DNA of 62,668 nucleotides, counting the filler, from Dirinaria sp. TL-2023a (taxonomy: Eukaryota): assembly GCA_051941275.1 (NCBI GenBank). It is 38 parts of 38 records of this genome, joined end to end, with 100 filler letters (N's around TTAATTAATTAA, not from the genome) between each part and the next. Parts side by side here need not be neighbours in the genome. Positions count along the whole stretch, not along the records: positions 1 to 1,581 come from JAVEBF010002637.1; positions 1,682 to 3,260 come from JAVEBF010002638.1; positions 3,361 to 4,938 come from JAVEBF010002639.1; positions 5,039 to 6,615 come from JAVEBF010002640.1; positions 6,716 to 8,292 come from JAVEBF010002641.1; positions 8,393 to 9,969 come from JAVEBF010002642.1; positions 10,070 to 11,644 come from JAVEBF010002643.1; positions 11,745 to 13,315 come from JAVEBF010002644.1; 30 more parts are not named here. One strand, written 5' to 3'. A model generated the notes under the pieces. It saw only the letters and a program-made list of their open reading frames with translations, was not told where the DNA came from and searched no databases. Below, one piece after another: positions 1-12,328 of the stretch. Position 1 is the stretch's first letter. Each line of letters opens with the position of its first letter. The translations under genes were made by a program, and so were the position numbers.

Positions 1-1581
1 CTATTACACTATCACGTCTTTCACACAAATACTGCGTCGACGAATAATCGACGCATACGATCTTACAGTTCTAATCACTTCAATCTTTTGAAGAAAAAGA
101 CTCGAAGTGTAATAGTGATGACGTTCTCGCGTGAAATGTCAGAGTCTCAACAATCGAAGGACGATTTTGAAGTCGTTTCGAGCGATCGTTCGTTTCTCGT
201 CGTCGCGACTTTATCAAACGACGCTGAGTCAAACAACAGCTCGAATATCTTACGAGATGAGCTCGCTCAACGCATTCACGACTTGAAATCTCAAAATCAG
301 CTGTTACGAAATCAACAACGATTGCGAGATCTGAAAAAAGAGAATCGTCAGCTAAATAGCAATCTCTTGTCTGAATTCGCCGATTCGGCGACGTCTCTCT
401 CTGTTAGAGACAAAAGCATTAAATCAGAGAAAATGCGTCTCTACAAAGAAGAGAGTCAGAGCGAGCATACTAGATGATTTAGAGACGCGGAAGTTAGATA
501 TCTGATGAGCCCGGAGTATTTTCCAAATGATCGCACCAAGATCGTTTTTTGTATGCAATCGTTAGAAGGTGACGCTGCCACTCAGTGGTATCAGGCCACT
601 AAAAATGGTATCGACATTGGCAGCTTTACTTATAAGCAGTTCGAAACCTTTCTTTTAGATCTTGTCGCGGATCCGGCGACTCGTCGGCTCGTTGCGTACG
701 AGCGCTGAAAGTCGGCTCGACAGCGAAACGATCAAAAAGTAACTGTTTTCAAGGCATACCTGAAAGATCTGAAGGGTCATTTGCCTGCGTTCTCCGAAGA
801 GCATCGAGCGAATATTTTTCTAGCGAAGCTTAAGTCGAATCTTAAGACTAAGCTTCTTAGCACGGGTACTGTGCTTAAAACTAGGGAAGAAATATTGGCT
901 CAGGCGATCATGATGGAGAGGACTATGGAGCGTCAGCACACCATGGGTGGGGGTCACCGAAGCACTAACAAGTCCGGGGGACAAAAATCTAAGGACCGCC
1001 CAGAACGTACCGCCGCTTCGGAGCCGGCGAGTCTAGGCGGTAAGTCGAAAAATCAAAATCGACCAAATCAAAGACCAAATCAAAAACGTCGCAACGTCGA
1101 TGACTCTGCGAATAAAGGGTCAGACGCTTGTTATAATTGTGGCGAGTTTGGACACTGGAGTAAGTCGTGTCCAAAACCCCCAAATTCAGGCATTGCCGTA
1201 GGCGGCGCCGTGAATTCAAAAAACTCCGGCGCTCCGCAAGCGCCTCAGAAGCGGAGCAAGAAAGACCAGTTGAGGCGGTCGACCCCATCGTAACTAAGGG
1301 ATGGGCGACACTTCAGGGAGATAAGCGTCAAATTAGGGCTCTTCTGGATCCCGGAGCAAAGCTAAATTTAGTTAACAACGCGTTTGTTGTTCAGTGGGAC
1401 TTACCGCAGGTAGCCGTCGCCCTACCGCTGCCGAGATTCCTAGACGGAGAGAGCCGCTATTGTTATGACGCTTATGAACTCATCTACTGACTAGTTGACT
1501 CTTGAGGACAAGGTCGCGAATGTACTACCCTGTTTTATGCAGTTGATTTTGTCGATCTCGATTTGATTTTGAGCATGCTCA
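1..1581 (+). mobile_element. Ty3/Gypsy LTR retrotransposon fragment: LTR 3' end (1-67), disrupted gag with CCHC knuckle, start of pol protease
   Basis: CYNCGEFGHWSKSC zinc knuckle; ALLDPGAKLN protease-like motif in the -1 frame; in-frame TGA stops at 475 and 706; 1-110 matches 16533-16647. Confidence 0.9.
1218..1257 (+). promoter_or_regulatory. Programmed -1 ribosomal frameshift signal (A AAA AAC plus stem-loop/pseudoknot) at the gag-pol junction
   Basis: Heptamer 1218-1224 is in the gag frame and the protease ORF is in the -1 frame; GGCGCT/AGCGCC (1228-1244) and GCTCCGC/GCGGAGC (1231-1257) pair. Confidence 0.8.
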
Positions 1582-1681
1582 NNNNNNNNNNNNNNNNNNN
1601 NNNNNNNNNNNNNNNNNNNNNNNNNTTAATTAATTAANNNNNNNNNNNNNNNNNNNNNNNNNNNNNNNNNNNNNNNNNNNN
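1582..1681. other. Artificial contig-joining spacer (N44-TTAATTAATTAA-N44); first of 37, recurring about every 1.65 kb
   Basis: The same 100-nt spacer with six-frame stops recurs throughout; contig lengths fall steadily from about 1580 to 1530 bp. Confidence 0.98.
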
Positions 1682-2761
1682 ACTGGTCTGGCACTATACC
1701 ATGCAGTATCTCAAGGAAACGCGAAATTGGTTCAAACGCTTCTTGACAACGGTGCCAATGCGAACACAAGGCCTTCTTGCGCCAAGCCCGCTGTAACTCG
1801 AGCGGTTGAAAACAACGACTGGCACATCGTGCAGATGCTCTTGGAAAGGGGCAGGCCCGATCTTGAAGCAGCGCCGCCAGCAGGACCAACAGCTCTCTAT
1901 GTAGCTGTATCTAAAGGCTTCGAAAAGCTCGTAGAATTGTTGTTGAAGTACGGCGCAGACGTGAAAGCAAAGCCTTCAGGAGGCGAGCCGATGCTCTATA
2001 AAGCTACCTCGAAAGGATATACCGAAATCCTCGAAATGCTCCTTGAAAGCGACTCTGTGGATGTTGACGCAACCCCGCCAGGTGGAAGCCCTTCTGTATA
2101 CCGAGCGTACGAAAAAGGAAACGTAAAAGCCATGGATCTGCTTCTCAAGAAAGGTGCTGATCCTAATGCGAAGCCTCCCGGAGGCAGCACAGCTTTACAC
2201 AAAGCAGCTGATAAAGGAGAAATTCAAGCGACCCAGTTGCTGCTTGAGTACGGTGCCGACCCCGATGCCAAGCCAAGCGGTGGAAGAACTGCCTTGTATG
2301 GTGCTGCGTCAAAGGACCGTGAAAATCTTGTTCGCATGCTCATAAACTATGGCGCTGACATCAACAAGATGCCATCGGGCTGTGACTCCGCTCTGTGGGC
2401 CGCGGCCGGGAAGGGCAATCTTCCTATCGCCAAGCTTCTCCTCGAGCACGGGGCAGAAGTTGACACTGCGGTGAGCAATACGGCGTTATGGCACGCTGCG
2501 AAGAGAGACGACGTACCCATGGCTCGCTTGCTGCTCGATCACGGCGCAGATCCAGATAACAGAGTGAGTGGCGGAGAAACGGCGCTGATGGTTGCCGCGT
2601 CGAAATGCAATGTTGCCATGGCCCGGCTGCTGATCGGCTACGGTGCCGACCCGCATCGAAAGATGAGTGGCGGTGAGACACCGTTTTCTCGCGCAGGCAA
2701 GAAGTCCCATGAGGAGGTTTTGAGGGTAATGTTGGGTGCGGAGCCCGCGAGGTCGAAATGA
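1682..2761 (+). CDS. Ankyrin-repeat protein, 5'-partial (about 10 repeats)
   Basis: 33-aa periodic (G)xTALxxAAxxGxxxxxxLLLxxGADxN repeats; frame open from the contig edge. Confidence 0.93.
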   Translation, partial: TGLALYHAVSQGNAKLVQTLLDNGANANTRPSCAKPAVTRAVENNDWHIVQMLLERGRPDLEAAPPAGPTALYVAVSKGFEKLVELLLKYGADVKAKPSGGEPMLYKATSKGYTEILEMLLESDSVDVDATPPGGSPSVYRAYEKGNVKAMDLLLKKGADPNAKPPGGSTALHKAADKGEIQATQLLLEYGADPDAKPSGGRTALYGAASKDRENLVRMLINYGADINKMPSGCDSALWAAAGKGNLPIAKLLLEHGAEVDTAVSNTALWHAAKRDDVPMARLLLDHGADPDNRVSGGETALMVAASKCNVAMARLLIGYGADPHRKMSGGETPFSRAGKKSHEEVLRVMLGAEPARSK

Positions 2762-4363
2762 AATCCAGTAGCCCAGCAGACTTGAGTTGTGCAAATATCG
2801 GTCTCGTTTCCCCTCTCCCCCCCCCTTTCTTTCTCTGGATATATTCTACCACGTGTACCGCAGGGCTAGATTCACTGTTTCACCAAATCAAAGAATCACC
2901 TGAGTCCTACGAATTCCACATCATCAGGGCCGAGTGTTGTTGAGGCACATAGCGCCACGATGGAGGAATCGCCACCGAAATACAAGCCTTATAAACCCAT
3001 ATAAAGCCAACTGTCTATCCAATTCTCTTTACGAAAATACATGGCCCTTTCCATCATCCCACCATAATTCATTTACAAGAGAACTCACTAACAATCCCCG
3101 AGCCAAACCCCCCGCCCCCAAACCAAAAAATGTAGAACGCGATCATCAAGATCTTGCAGCTCGAATCAGTATTCCCACTCGTTACATACCTACATAACAA
3201 AGTGCGTACCCCAGCGCCACAGCCATTTATTTTCCTTCCCCTTTCCCCCCCTCGTGGTCCNNNNNNNNNNNNNNNNNNNNNNNNNNNNNNNNNNNNNNNN
3301 NNNNTTAATTAATTAANNNNNNNNNNNNNNNNNNNNNNNNNNNNNNNNNNNNNNNNNNNNGCTTTGAAATTTTCCATGACTTTCAGAACAGCCCACTAGG
3401 CCCGCGCCCACGACAAGAAGTAGATTCTAGATGCTGATGACCCCGACTGAATATACGCATCTCAACACGGTATCGTACAAGGGATCTCTCGCTAGCGAAT
3501 CCGTTGCGATAAAGCTTACGCCATTCGCAAGCTCAGGTTTGGGGACAAATTCTCAATACAAGAACTGAAAAGTAGTAACTCTCAACAAAAGTAATCTTAC
3601 ATTTTCCTTTTCCATGACCCCTTACTTTTTCGTTCGCAAACCAAACTTAGGATTTCACGTGGTACCATAGACTGTATGAACAGGATATCAAAGGCGAGAT
3701 ACTCATACCTTACGCCCCGGTCCAGTGGCTTCCGACGATTCTCTTCACATGTAGAATGGATCATCCCATTCATCCATCAATCAATTATCAGGGACATGCG
3801 CGTAGCATTGCACGAAGGATGCCCAGCTACCTTAGATAGCTGTAGACGAGATATAGTAAGGTAGGTACTCATTCCTAGCCCTGGTTGTACAATAGTCTGA
3901 CGACGCGACCTTCATGAAATAATGCATGAAGATTTGAAATATAATCTAAGGTACCCATCATTGCGATGTTCCGATGCAGGAGTAGTCTAATCCATGCATG
4001 CGTGACTTCAGTCAGTACTTTTGTGGACTAACGAAATCCTGTTCAGCTTTCTCAAGCCAGAGAAAATGTGAAGTACCTCCTGAGCTCCTCTCCTCCTGAA
4101 TGGACAATGAATAATAACAATAGGACCTGAATTTGCCTACCACCTCAGTATCAGCGCGACCAGAATTCTTGGCGGCGACAGCTAATGACGTCACTAGAAC
4201 ACCACACACATAATTGCGTCAAAATTCCGCATAGCAAAACATCTAATCCCGCCTCCATTCTAATCAAAACACAAAGTTCCCAGCACTCACTCGCAGTACC
4301 TGAAGAAAATCGACTTACGACATCCAAAAAAAAATCGACCATACTTAAAAAGAACTTGCAATC

Positions 4364-4938
4364 ATGTCTGCCACAAGCAACACAGACTCCGTCTCAGGCC
4401 CCAACCAAGGCGAATTCCATGCCTCCAAACCTCGCGACGAACCTTTGACCACCCATGGCGTAAGGCAACCCCACCACACCCTCCTCCATCCCCAAATCCT
4501 CCTCCAAAAATTCCCAGCACAGCTAATCCCCGCCAATCTCAAAACAGCACAAACCAGGCCTGAACGTAGGCAACGACGCCGTCCCCGAATTCCACGCCCA
4601 AACCCTGCCCGCGGGGAGCGCTCCAGCCTCCAACACCTTCACCCCAAACTCCATCTCTGAGGTTCCCGGACAAGCTGACAACGACGCGGTACTACGCAGC
4701 CACGGCAAAGAATCGACCCAGACGCCCGCCTCGGCGACACTGGGCGGCGCCACGAGCGCGGATGTGCATACCGGTCTCGGCCACCCGGGGCAGGGGCAGA
4801 CGAGCAGTGAGCTGCGGCATGGGGGTCCCACGAGCAAGAAGGAGCCCGTGGGCAGCACATTCGCGAGCGGGGCCCCCAGCGGCAATTTGATGGCGGATGA
4901 GCGCGTGCAGGAGGGTCAGAGGGGGCTGGAGAAGGAGG
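4364..4938 (+). CDS. Hydrophilic fungal hypothetical protein, 3'-partial; intron 4460-4547
   Basis: GTAAGG donor, GCTAAT branch and CAG acceptor join MSATSN...PLTTHG in frame to HKPGLNVGNDAVPEFHAQTLP...GGATSADVHTGLGHPGQGQTSSELRH. Confidence 0.8.
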
Positions 4939-5038
4939 NNNNNNNNNNNNNNNNNNNNNNNNNNNNNNNNNNNNNNNNNNNNTTAATTAATTAANNNNNN
5001 NNNNNNNNNNNNNNNNNNNNNNNNNNNNNNNNNNNNNN

Positions 5039-5538
5039 CCACCTCCCCCATACCCACGATGAAAAACCCCATGAATCATATCATCCCGATGCAACCACTG
5101 TCTCGGTCCCCCATAACTAATATGATACGTCAAACTACTATTGAGCAACGGCGCGATACAGAACTCCTCCACGCGATCCTCCCACGTGGCCGTGCATCTC
5201 CGTTCCAAGACCGCCGTCCGCAGTTTGTCAATCACATCCAACTCGGCGATCCGAGCCATCGTATCTGATTTCCCCACTACGCCGGGAACCATTACTGTTT
5301 GGGATGGGATCAGGTCGTAGGCTTCGTGGCTTGAGGTCTTGGATTGCTGGATGTAGGGCTCGAGTTCGGCATTTATGGCGGCGAGGTCGGTGGGGGAAAC
5401 GAGGTCTGTGAGGATTAAGCCGCCGTCCCGGGTTAGGGTGCTGAGGAGCTCGGGGAGAGGGGTTGTGGCCGCGGGGTGTTTTGTGAGGGTGGTGCGGGGG
5501 GTGTAGGATGGGTCTATGGGCGGAGGGAATTCGGGCAT
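5039..5538 (-). CDS. Phytanoyl-CoA dioxygenase (PhyH)-family Fe(II)/2OG oxygenase, 3'-partial
   Basis: LTRDGGLILTDLV N-terminal motif and QWLHRDD HxD iron-binding motif. Confidence 0.85.
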
Positions 5539-6994
5539 TGTGCAAGGTTGATATTGGTGCTGGATGGTTAGGATTTGAGAAGGTGGGGAGGAGAGTTTTT
5601 TTTTTGTCCTTTTTTTCTCCTCTTTTTTCTTTTTTTTTTTTCTCTTCTTCTTTTTCTCTTTTTCACAATAATGGAGCAGGAAGGTTGGTCTTGCGAATCA
5701 TGAGTATTTTCTTTCAAGTTCTGATGACTCCAGTCTCAAGATCGTTCGTAGCTCTCACGACGCTTCTATCTGTGAAAGATATATGGCTAAAGCTTTTCAT
5801 AACCGCTACGTACTGACTCGGTCGAACTTGGCTGCTACGATTTCGTATATTCTGTCGCATGTCGCGTGGGCTGGCCGCATGTAAGCGCTGAGAATTGATC
5901 AGCCACACATACACACAATGATGATCGTTCGGAAGGGAAGAGATAAAGTGGCTCAAAGAGTCTAGAATACTGTACTTTTGCTGGGGGATGTAGCTAAAAT
6001 ACCTCTCAGAAGCTACCGGTCACAATTGGTGCTAACAGCACCTCTGTATTGGGTTTTATAGCCCTGATCGAGTGGAGAGGTGAAGCGCGCTTGACATACG
6101 CCTGTGAGGAAAAGTTTCCCATTCAGAGAAGGTTTTCCTACCTATGCATGTTTGCAACTCACACAGATAGTATGGAATGAGCTCCTCTCATGTGGCCGGC
6201 TCCCCCTATGTGGTCAACCGCCATCGAACTCATCTGAACATTGCCAATGCTTTGCATTTTTCGCTCGCAGCTACGCCTTTTGAGACACTATTTTCTTTGC
6301 TGATCCCCGCTTGGCGGAACCTGACAGCTGCAGCCAGAAGCTGCTTGACTGTGATGGAAGTGTGACGATGATTGCCCCTAATCTGCACGCTGTTTCTTTT
6401 TCTTCTCTTAAATTCGGAAACTAATCTACTGAAAGGAGGCCAGCGACAAGAACTACCTGTACGTGGTGCTGGCTACGAACCTGCTGGTATTGCTTGCAAT
6501 ACTCAACAGAGCCAAATGTCCTAGCATCGTCGTCGTCACGATGCGATCGTCGCAGCAATTCAGTCTTCCTCTCGATCGACAACGATAATACAAAACAACA
6601 CGCATCACCAATCCANNNNNNNNNNNNNNNNNNNNNNNNNNNNNNNNNNNNNNNNNNNNTTAATTAATTAANNNNNNNNNNNNNNNNNNNNNNNNNNNNN
6701 NNNNNNNNNNNNNNNGCACCTGCATAGATCATCCCTTCTGCACCGGTCCTGACAATACCCTGGGAAGTCTGGGTGCAATCGCCTGCTAAATAGACCATAC
6801 CTGCCCCAGGGGTTTGCACCATAGGCCCGAAAGCATCTGAAATCGACATTGGTGCGGAAATGCGCCAAGTGCATGGTGTAAAGCCATAGAAGTAAAAGAT
6901 AAAAGCTAGTACCAAAATGCTAGTCTCAGAAGCACAGAAAGAAGCATGTGAAAATTCATAACAATGCTCACAAAAAACGAAAAAAGGCATCGTC

Positions 6995-8292
6995 CTCGAT
7001 GCTATTGTCTTCTAGTCATTATGTCTATGAGAACAGCTCGGGTGACTGCAATTGTAATCGTAGATGACCCAGTTAGCATCGATGTTATTGCCGTCATCAT
7101 GTGCGTTGCCAAAGCGACGCGATGTGTGAGTAAGTGACGGAGAACCTCTTGGCTTAGATGGTGAATCTTTCTCATCTCAATAACTAAAGAGATCTTCAAT
7201 ATCTTCGTCGTCATCGTCATAGTCTGTCTGATTTGCAAAGTGAACGCGTTGTTGCGATGCAGGAAACAGTGCGCGAAACGGGTTATACTGCGTTTGTTAC
7301 TCAGAAGGTGATAAGACGCGATTTTGCTGCATAGGTTGCTGTCGCGATTTTGAAACATTAGAAGCATAGATAGAGCCGTCTCTGTTGTGGTTCTCGAAGA
7401 TGTAAGGTTGCTTGTCATAGTTCTTATACTCCTCATATCAGGCATTACGTTTCGTGTTCAATTGTTTAACAAATGACTTTACTGTTGTGTGTGATTCTGA
7501 AGACAGTAATGTGAGTTGCAAAGATGCCTCAAAACGGTCATAAATCATGACGAGTCGATCGTACATAGTAAGATGATCATTGTCTGCGGACCTTGTCAAA
7601 CGCAATATGCTATGTAGAAAAGCTATAGAGTCAGATTTTTTGACCGCATCGATCCTGATATAACGGCATTGATCCAAATCATGCATGAGGTCTTGCTGAT
7701 ACGATGCAAATCTAAATATCAGATAGTCGATCCAAGCTGAAACGTCTACAGCAGAGTGACGTAGTTCATCTTTTTGAAAAGTATCTAGCTCATAATCGTG
7801 CCATCTGACAGCATCGATTTATAGATTTTGACGTAGATTGAGTTGCATTAAACGAAGTTGCTTTAGATCGACGATTTCTTTAATCCGATCAGTAAACACA
7901 AATACGTCAGATGTAATGTCTTTCTTCTCTTCTTTGACATTCGAGTCAAAGTATTCTATATCCTCAACCCGATAACGTTCTGCTATAACGATAAATTGTT
8001 GCCGCGGTGAAGAACGTTGATTGTTGCTCGCATTGCTGTCATTGACATTGTCGCTAGAAGTCTCAATGAAGGGTCGTTCGATTGTAGATATAACCGTGTC
8101 GAAGACGACGACAGAGAAGACGTTTTCAAGCGCGGTGACGCGGAAGCCTAGAGCGTTCATTGCTTCAAGCAATTGTTGAAACATTTGTTGCGTATTTGAC
8201 TCATTAGAAGCAGAGATAGACGCAGAAAAAGTCGTAGAATCAGCAGCAGAGGCGAAAGCGAAGTCTGTCATAGTAGACTCGTTGACGATAGA
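6995..8292 (-). mobile_element. Hypermutated retrotransposon gag-like remnant
   Basis: Fragmented low-complexity ORFs (7819-8271, 7438-7686), EDIEYFD-like motif, CC/GG depletion; the contig starts with an LTR end (6716-6754) resembling 61735-61767. Confidence 0.6.
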
Positions 8293-8392
8293 NNNNNNNN
8301 NNNNNNNNNNNNNNNNNNNNNNNNNNNNNNNNNNNNTTAATTAATTAANNNNNNNNNNNNNNNNNNNNNNNNNNNNNNNNNNNNNNNNNNNN

Positions 8393-8621
8393 TCTCGAAA
8401 TGAGAATGACCTCTTTATTCTATACGACCCCGCAATCACTTGGCAGTATTGCGAATATATTGTACTGAAGTCTACGCAGCGCTTATAGAGCGATGACATC
8501 AAATCATCTAGAAGTTCCCGAGTATCCGCTTAAGTTCTACTGACCTCTGAGAACCTTGAGAAAGCTTCCACCCATCTCACGTAATAAGTCACTAGGCCGT
8601 AAGGGTCAAAGTATCATGACA
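8393..8621 (-). repeat. LTR family B, 5' part, inserted into a pol remnant
   Basis: Starts TGTCATGATAC on the minus strand; near-identical to 58610-58838 (+) and 61138-61297 (-). Confidence 0.85.
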
Positions 8622-8910
8622 GAAACTGAATTACTAAACTGCTTCTTTCGAGCAGACTGAGTACTAGATTGCTTCTTGCGAGCGAACTGAGTACGAGATT
8701 GTCTCTTGTGAGCTTCTGAATAACTAGACTGTTTCTGACAGACGAACTCGATATTAAATTGTCTTTTGTAAACTTCTAAATGACTAGATTGCTTCTGACG
8801 AGCGGACTGAATACTGAGTTGTCTTTTCTGAGTTTTTATAAAACTGAGTTGCTTTTTACGAGTCGACTGAAGACTGAGTTGTCTTTTCTGAGCTTTCGTG
8901 AAACTGAATT
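8622..8910. repeat. Degenerate 30-bp tandem array (about 9-10 units) inside pol
   Basis: Recurring ACT(A/G)..TTG(C/T).T.T motif at 30-bp spacing. Confidence 0.75.
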
Positions 8911-9969
8911 AATTTTTCAAAGAGAATATTGAATGAGATGAAAAATTGTTCATCTCGTTTAGATTTTCTTGATTTTGAAGTTTTCAGATTCGCTGAGATT
9001 TCTGAGAGAACAGAAACTCTTTTTCTTCTCGAATAGTGTTATAAATTTAAATCGAGAACTAACAACAATGAGCGAGACAAAAAGAGAAGAATATGATAAG
9101 CGTATTTTGCTCAAAGTTTGTATTAATAACATGACGACGAAGTTATGATAAACTTATAACGATTGAGTATTGATTTAACTCGATGACATAAAGAAATATT
9201 CTCTCGATGTGATCTTCGATTATCATGATAATTTCGACAAAATAAGTGATGTCGTCAGTGAGAGCTGCTTGATCGTCAAAATCTCGAAGTCTTCGAGAAT
9301 AAATTAACGAATGAAGAGAAATATTGTAATATTGCGCGAAAGATTTATCAATAAAAGTATAAATCGAGACTTCACTATTAATCAAAGCAAGAGCGTGTAT
9401 TCTAGATTGAGCTTGACGTAAAATACAGAAAATTATCATGTGACTATCTCTGAAGACTGAATCAGATTCGAACAGTTTCAGAGTCGATTGAGTAAAAAAT
9501 TTGTGATAAAATCGAAAAGATAAAGAGAACGTTGAGATCAGAAGACAATAAAATATGTAAATTGATCTCTGAGCGCGATTTTGCACAGAGACTAGACTTT
9601 TTCCGCTGATAGCGGAACATTTTCATCGATACTGCTGATGTCATCGAAGTCTATAACGCGAACAGTAGAGGGCTTTTTATTTGAGCATTCTCTAGCGGTC
9701 TTGTCTGAGTGTTACAATTTGCAGTAGTAGCAGAGCTTTCACTTGTTGTAGATTTCTTTGATCTCTGAGATGAATATAGATTTCCTCTGAACGACTGTCA
9801 TAACAGAGCTCAGGTTCATTGAATCATCAGTCAGAGCGACGACGATCGAAGTGACAGAGACGACGAGTACAGCGATTACGATGTTAGCGAACGTCGATTC
9901 GTCACTGAGATTGATCAAGATCTTAGATCTGATCTTAGTCACGAACGAGTTGACGATTCGAGATAAACG
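8622..9969 (-). mobile_element. Hypermutated Ty3/Gypsy gag end plus protease
   Basis: Degenerate CYYC knuckle; gag stop at 9592; -1 frame ALINSEVSIYTFID (degenerate ALIDSG...FID protease motif). Confidence 0.75.
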
Positions 9970-10142
9970 NNNNNNNNNNNNNNNNNNNNNNNNNNNNNNN
10001 NNNNNNNNNNNNNTTAATTAATTAANNNNNNNNNNNNNNNNNNNNNNNNNNNNNNNNNNNNNNNNNNNNGCTGCGGATCAGGGGTATGACAGGGGTACTG
10101 CGCAAGCATAATCTAGAAAATAGGGGGGTATTTATACTATAT

Positions 10143-11500
10143 ACACTAGTCAATTTATATGACAATTACTAACAATTCTCCCAGTCTTCCCAATTCTCAT
10201 TCCCATCCTCATTCTCATCCTCATCCTTGTCGCCTGCCCGTATACCTGCCTTTCTCGCTGCATAAATGCCTCTGCGCTCCCCACTATTATATGGACGCAT
10301 ACGGGAAATAACGCGGCCTTCTCTATATTCATTACCGCCATTGAGCTCAATTACCTGTTGCAGATGAGCAGGCATACGCTCAATCCACGATTGAATACGT
10401 TTCTGAGTCAATACTCTGTTCTAACAATGCTTCCATGTTCGTGCTAACACGGCTTTATTGCGCGGTATACCTCGTTGTCAGGGACTCAGGCTAGAACCAT
10501 CTGAACAGAAGGTATCTGGATTGGCTATCGAGGTATAACTAGATTTTATGTACAAGACGAAAGACCAAGAAAGAAGAAGGGGGATGGGGTTGTCCTGGTA
10601 TATAAGATTGGCAACCCTCTATAGCCGCATACGCGACCCGTACTAGACTTGGCAGGCTCTATCAAGGACTATGCAGCTTGGCCTGAGAACTGTGCAACTT
10701 GGCACCATGACACTCGTCTCGTTATCCATCGCTTCATCCACCACCAATACGGCTCTATCATGTTAAGATCAGGCGAATTGCCGCACCAAATCAAGCGCAG
10801 TATTCCTGCTTTCATCCAAATCGACCCACGATGCTTAGAAATATGACTTGATGCTAACTCAGTGTCAGTATTGAAGGTCAACGTTAATGAAAACTCACCT
10901 CCGTCATCCATAACAAAAGTATCTGGTCTGTTCTCAAGACACGATTTGCCGAATGGTATAAGAAGTGGCTTCAATATATGCTTTTGATAGCGTATTCAGT
11001 CTATACTGCCTCTGCTTTCTCGTACTATCTTGCTGTTCTTCTTATTCCACCTCCATTCCGGCTTGGTGCCTCCTCTATTGCGAAGACCAAGACGTCTCAT
11101 TGCAATATTGAGCTCCCATTCCGTCTTCTTGATTGGCTCTAGTTCTTTATTGAGCTTCTCAATGAGCTTCGTGGCTTGTTTCTTCTCTTCCTCCGTCTCA
11201 TTTTTTCGTACATGACACGGGCCTTTTCTATCATAGGAGAAACATCGACAGAACATGAATTCCGAGAAGTCTTTCTAACGTCGACGTATGCATGTGTTGT
11301 CATATCTTTCCCGAGACCTGCGCTATATACGTCTGGTGCCTCGTTTTTGCATAACGACGCTCGTTTCATCCGTCCAAATAACACGTTTCCAATCTTTCAC
11401 CGTCCAATTCTTATACTTGACAGCGAAATCGTAACGGACTTGCTTTATTTCTTCACTAAGTCCTGGTTTGATTGTAGGTTTGAACGTTTTGAATTTATGC
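10143..11500 (-). mobile_element. Tc1/mariner-superfamily DDE transposase pseudogene
   Basis: WCGNSPDLNMIEPYW (SPDLNPIE motif), FVMDDG, and a W-x-D-E-like region upstream; frameshifts, stops and an LTR insertion. Confidence 0.85.
10476..10712. mobile_element. Solo LTR (237 bp) inserted in the transposase
   Basis: TGTCA...TGACA termini, 5-bp TSD CTCGT (10471-10475 / 10713-10717); removing it rejoins ITRR-GIPRNK in frame. Confidence 0.9.
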
Positions 11501-12328
11501 TTGCGCAGTACTCGCAGAATAGTTCATTGAGAAAATCCGTGTTTGTATCCTAATGCGGCGGCAGGCATTTCTCTGCTATTTCTATCTTTTCTTACTATAA
11601 TCCATTAGCCAATAGTAGGAACTCGATTATATTATCAATTAAAANNNNNNNNNNNNNNNNNNNNNNNNNNNNNNNNNNNNNNNNNNNNTTAATTAATTAA
11701 NNNNNNNNNNNNNNNNNNNNNNNNNNNNNNNNNNNNNNNNNNNNGAGAGAGGGGAGATAAGGTAGTTCCACATGCAATCAATCCATTGTTGAATTGAATT
11801 GAATGGGATTTTTTGCCCGTTTGTTAGATCCAGAGATGGGATGATGTTTTCTGTGTCAGAAGTGTCCAGTTTTTTTAAATGAGGTTTCTTTGATTTGATT
11901 TACTTTACTTTACTCCTCATTCCTTGGTTTCTCTCCCCCTTTTTTCCCCCCTTCTTTCTCTTTTTTAAAAAGAGAGAGAGAGGGTATAGAGGGGCGAGAG
12001 ACTATAGCCTTGATTGAAAGGCTAGGGGCTTATTTTTTTTGTGGAAGTCTTCCAGCATCAACCTTCCTTACTTTTATGAGGATGAATAGATATAAAGCCC
12101 GGTTTCCGAGGAGTTGGGATTAGTTTTTTTACGGAGATGGCTGTAAGTATCATTCGTGGAAGATTTACATGATAATTATACCCTTTGCCTCAGTTACGGA
12201 AAACTTATATATTGATGATGATGGTGTGTAGATCTGGTTCATTATCTCATTCATATATATATATATATCCATACGCGTATCAGAAATCCAATCCCTGAAC
12301 AGCAGGACGACCCGGGGGGGTTTCCTTT

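Noticed and set aside
475..708. Alternative genetic code with TGA=Trp
   Set aside because: Host genes use TGG for Trp and TGA as stop; in-frame TGAs are confined to GG>GA-mutated sequences.
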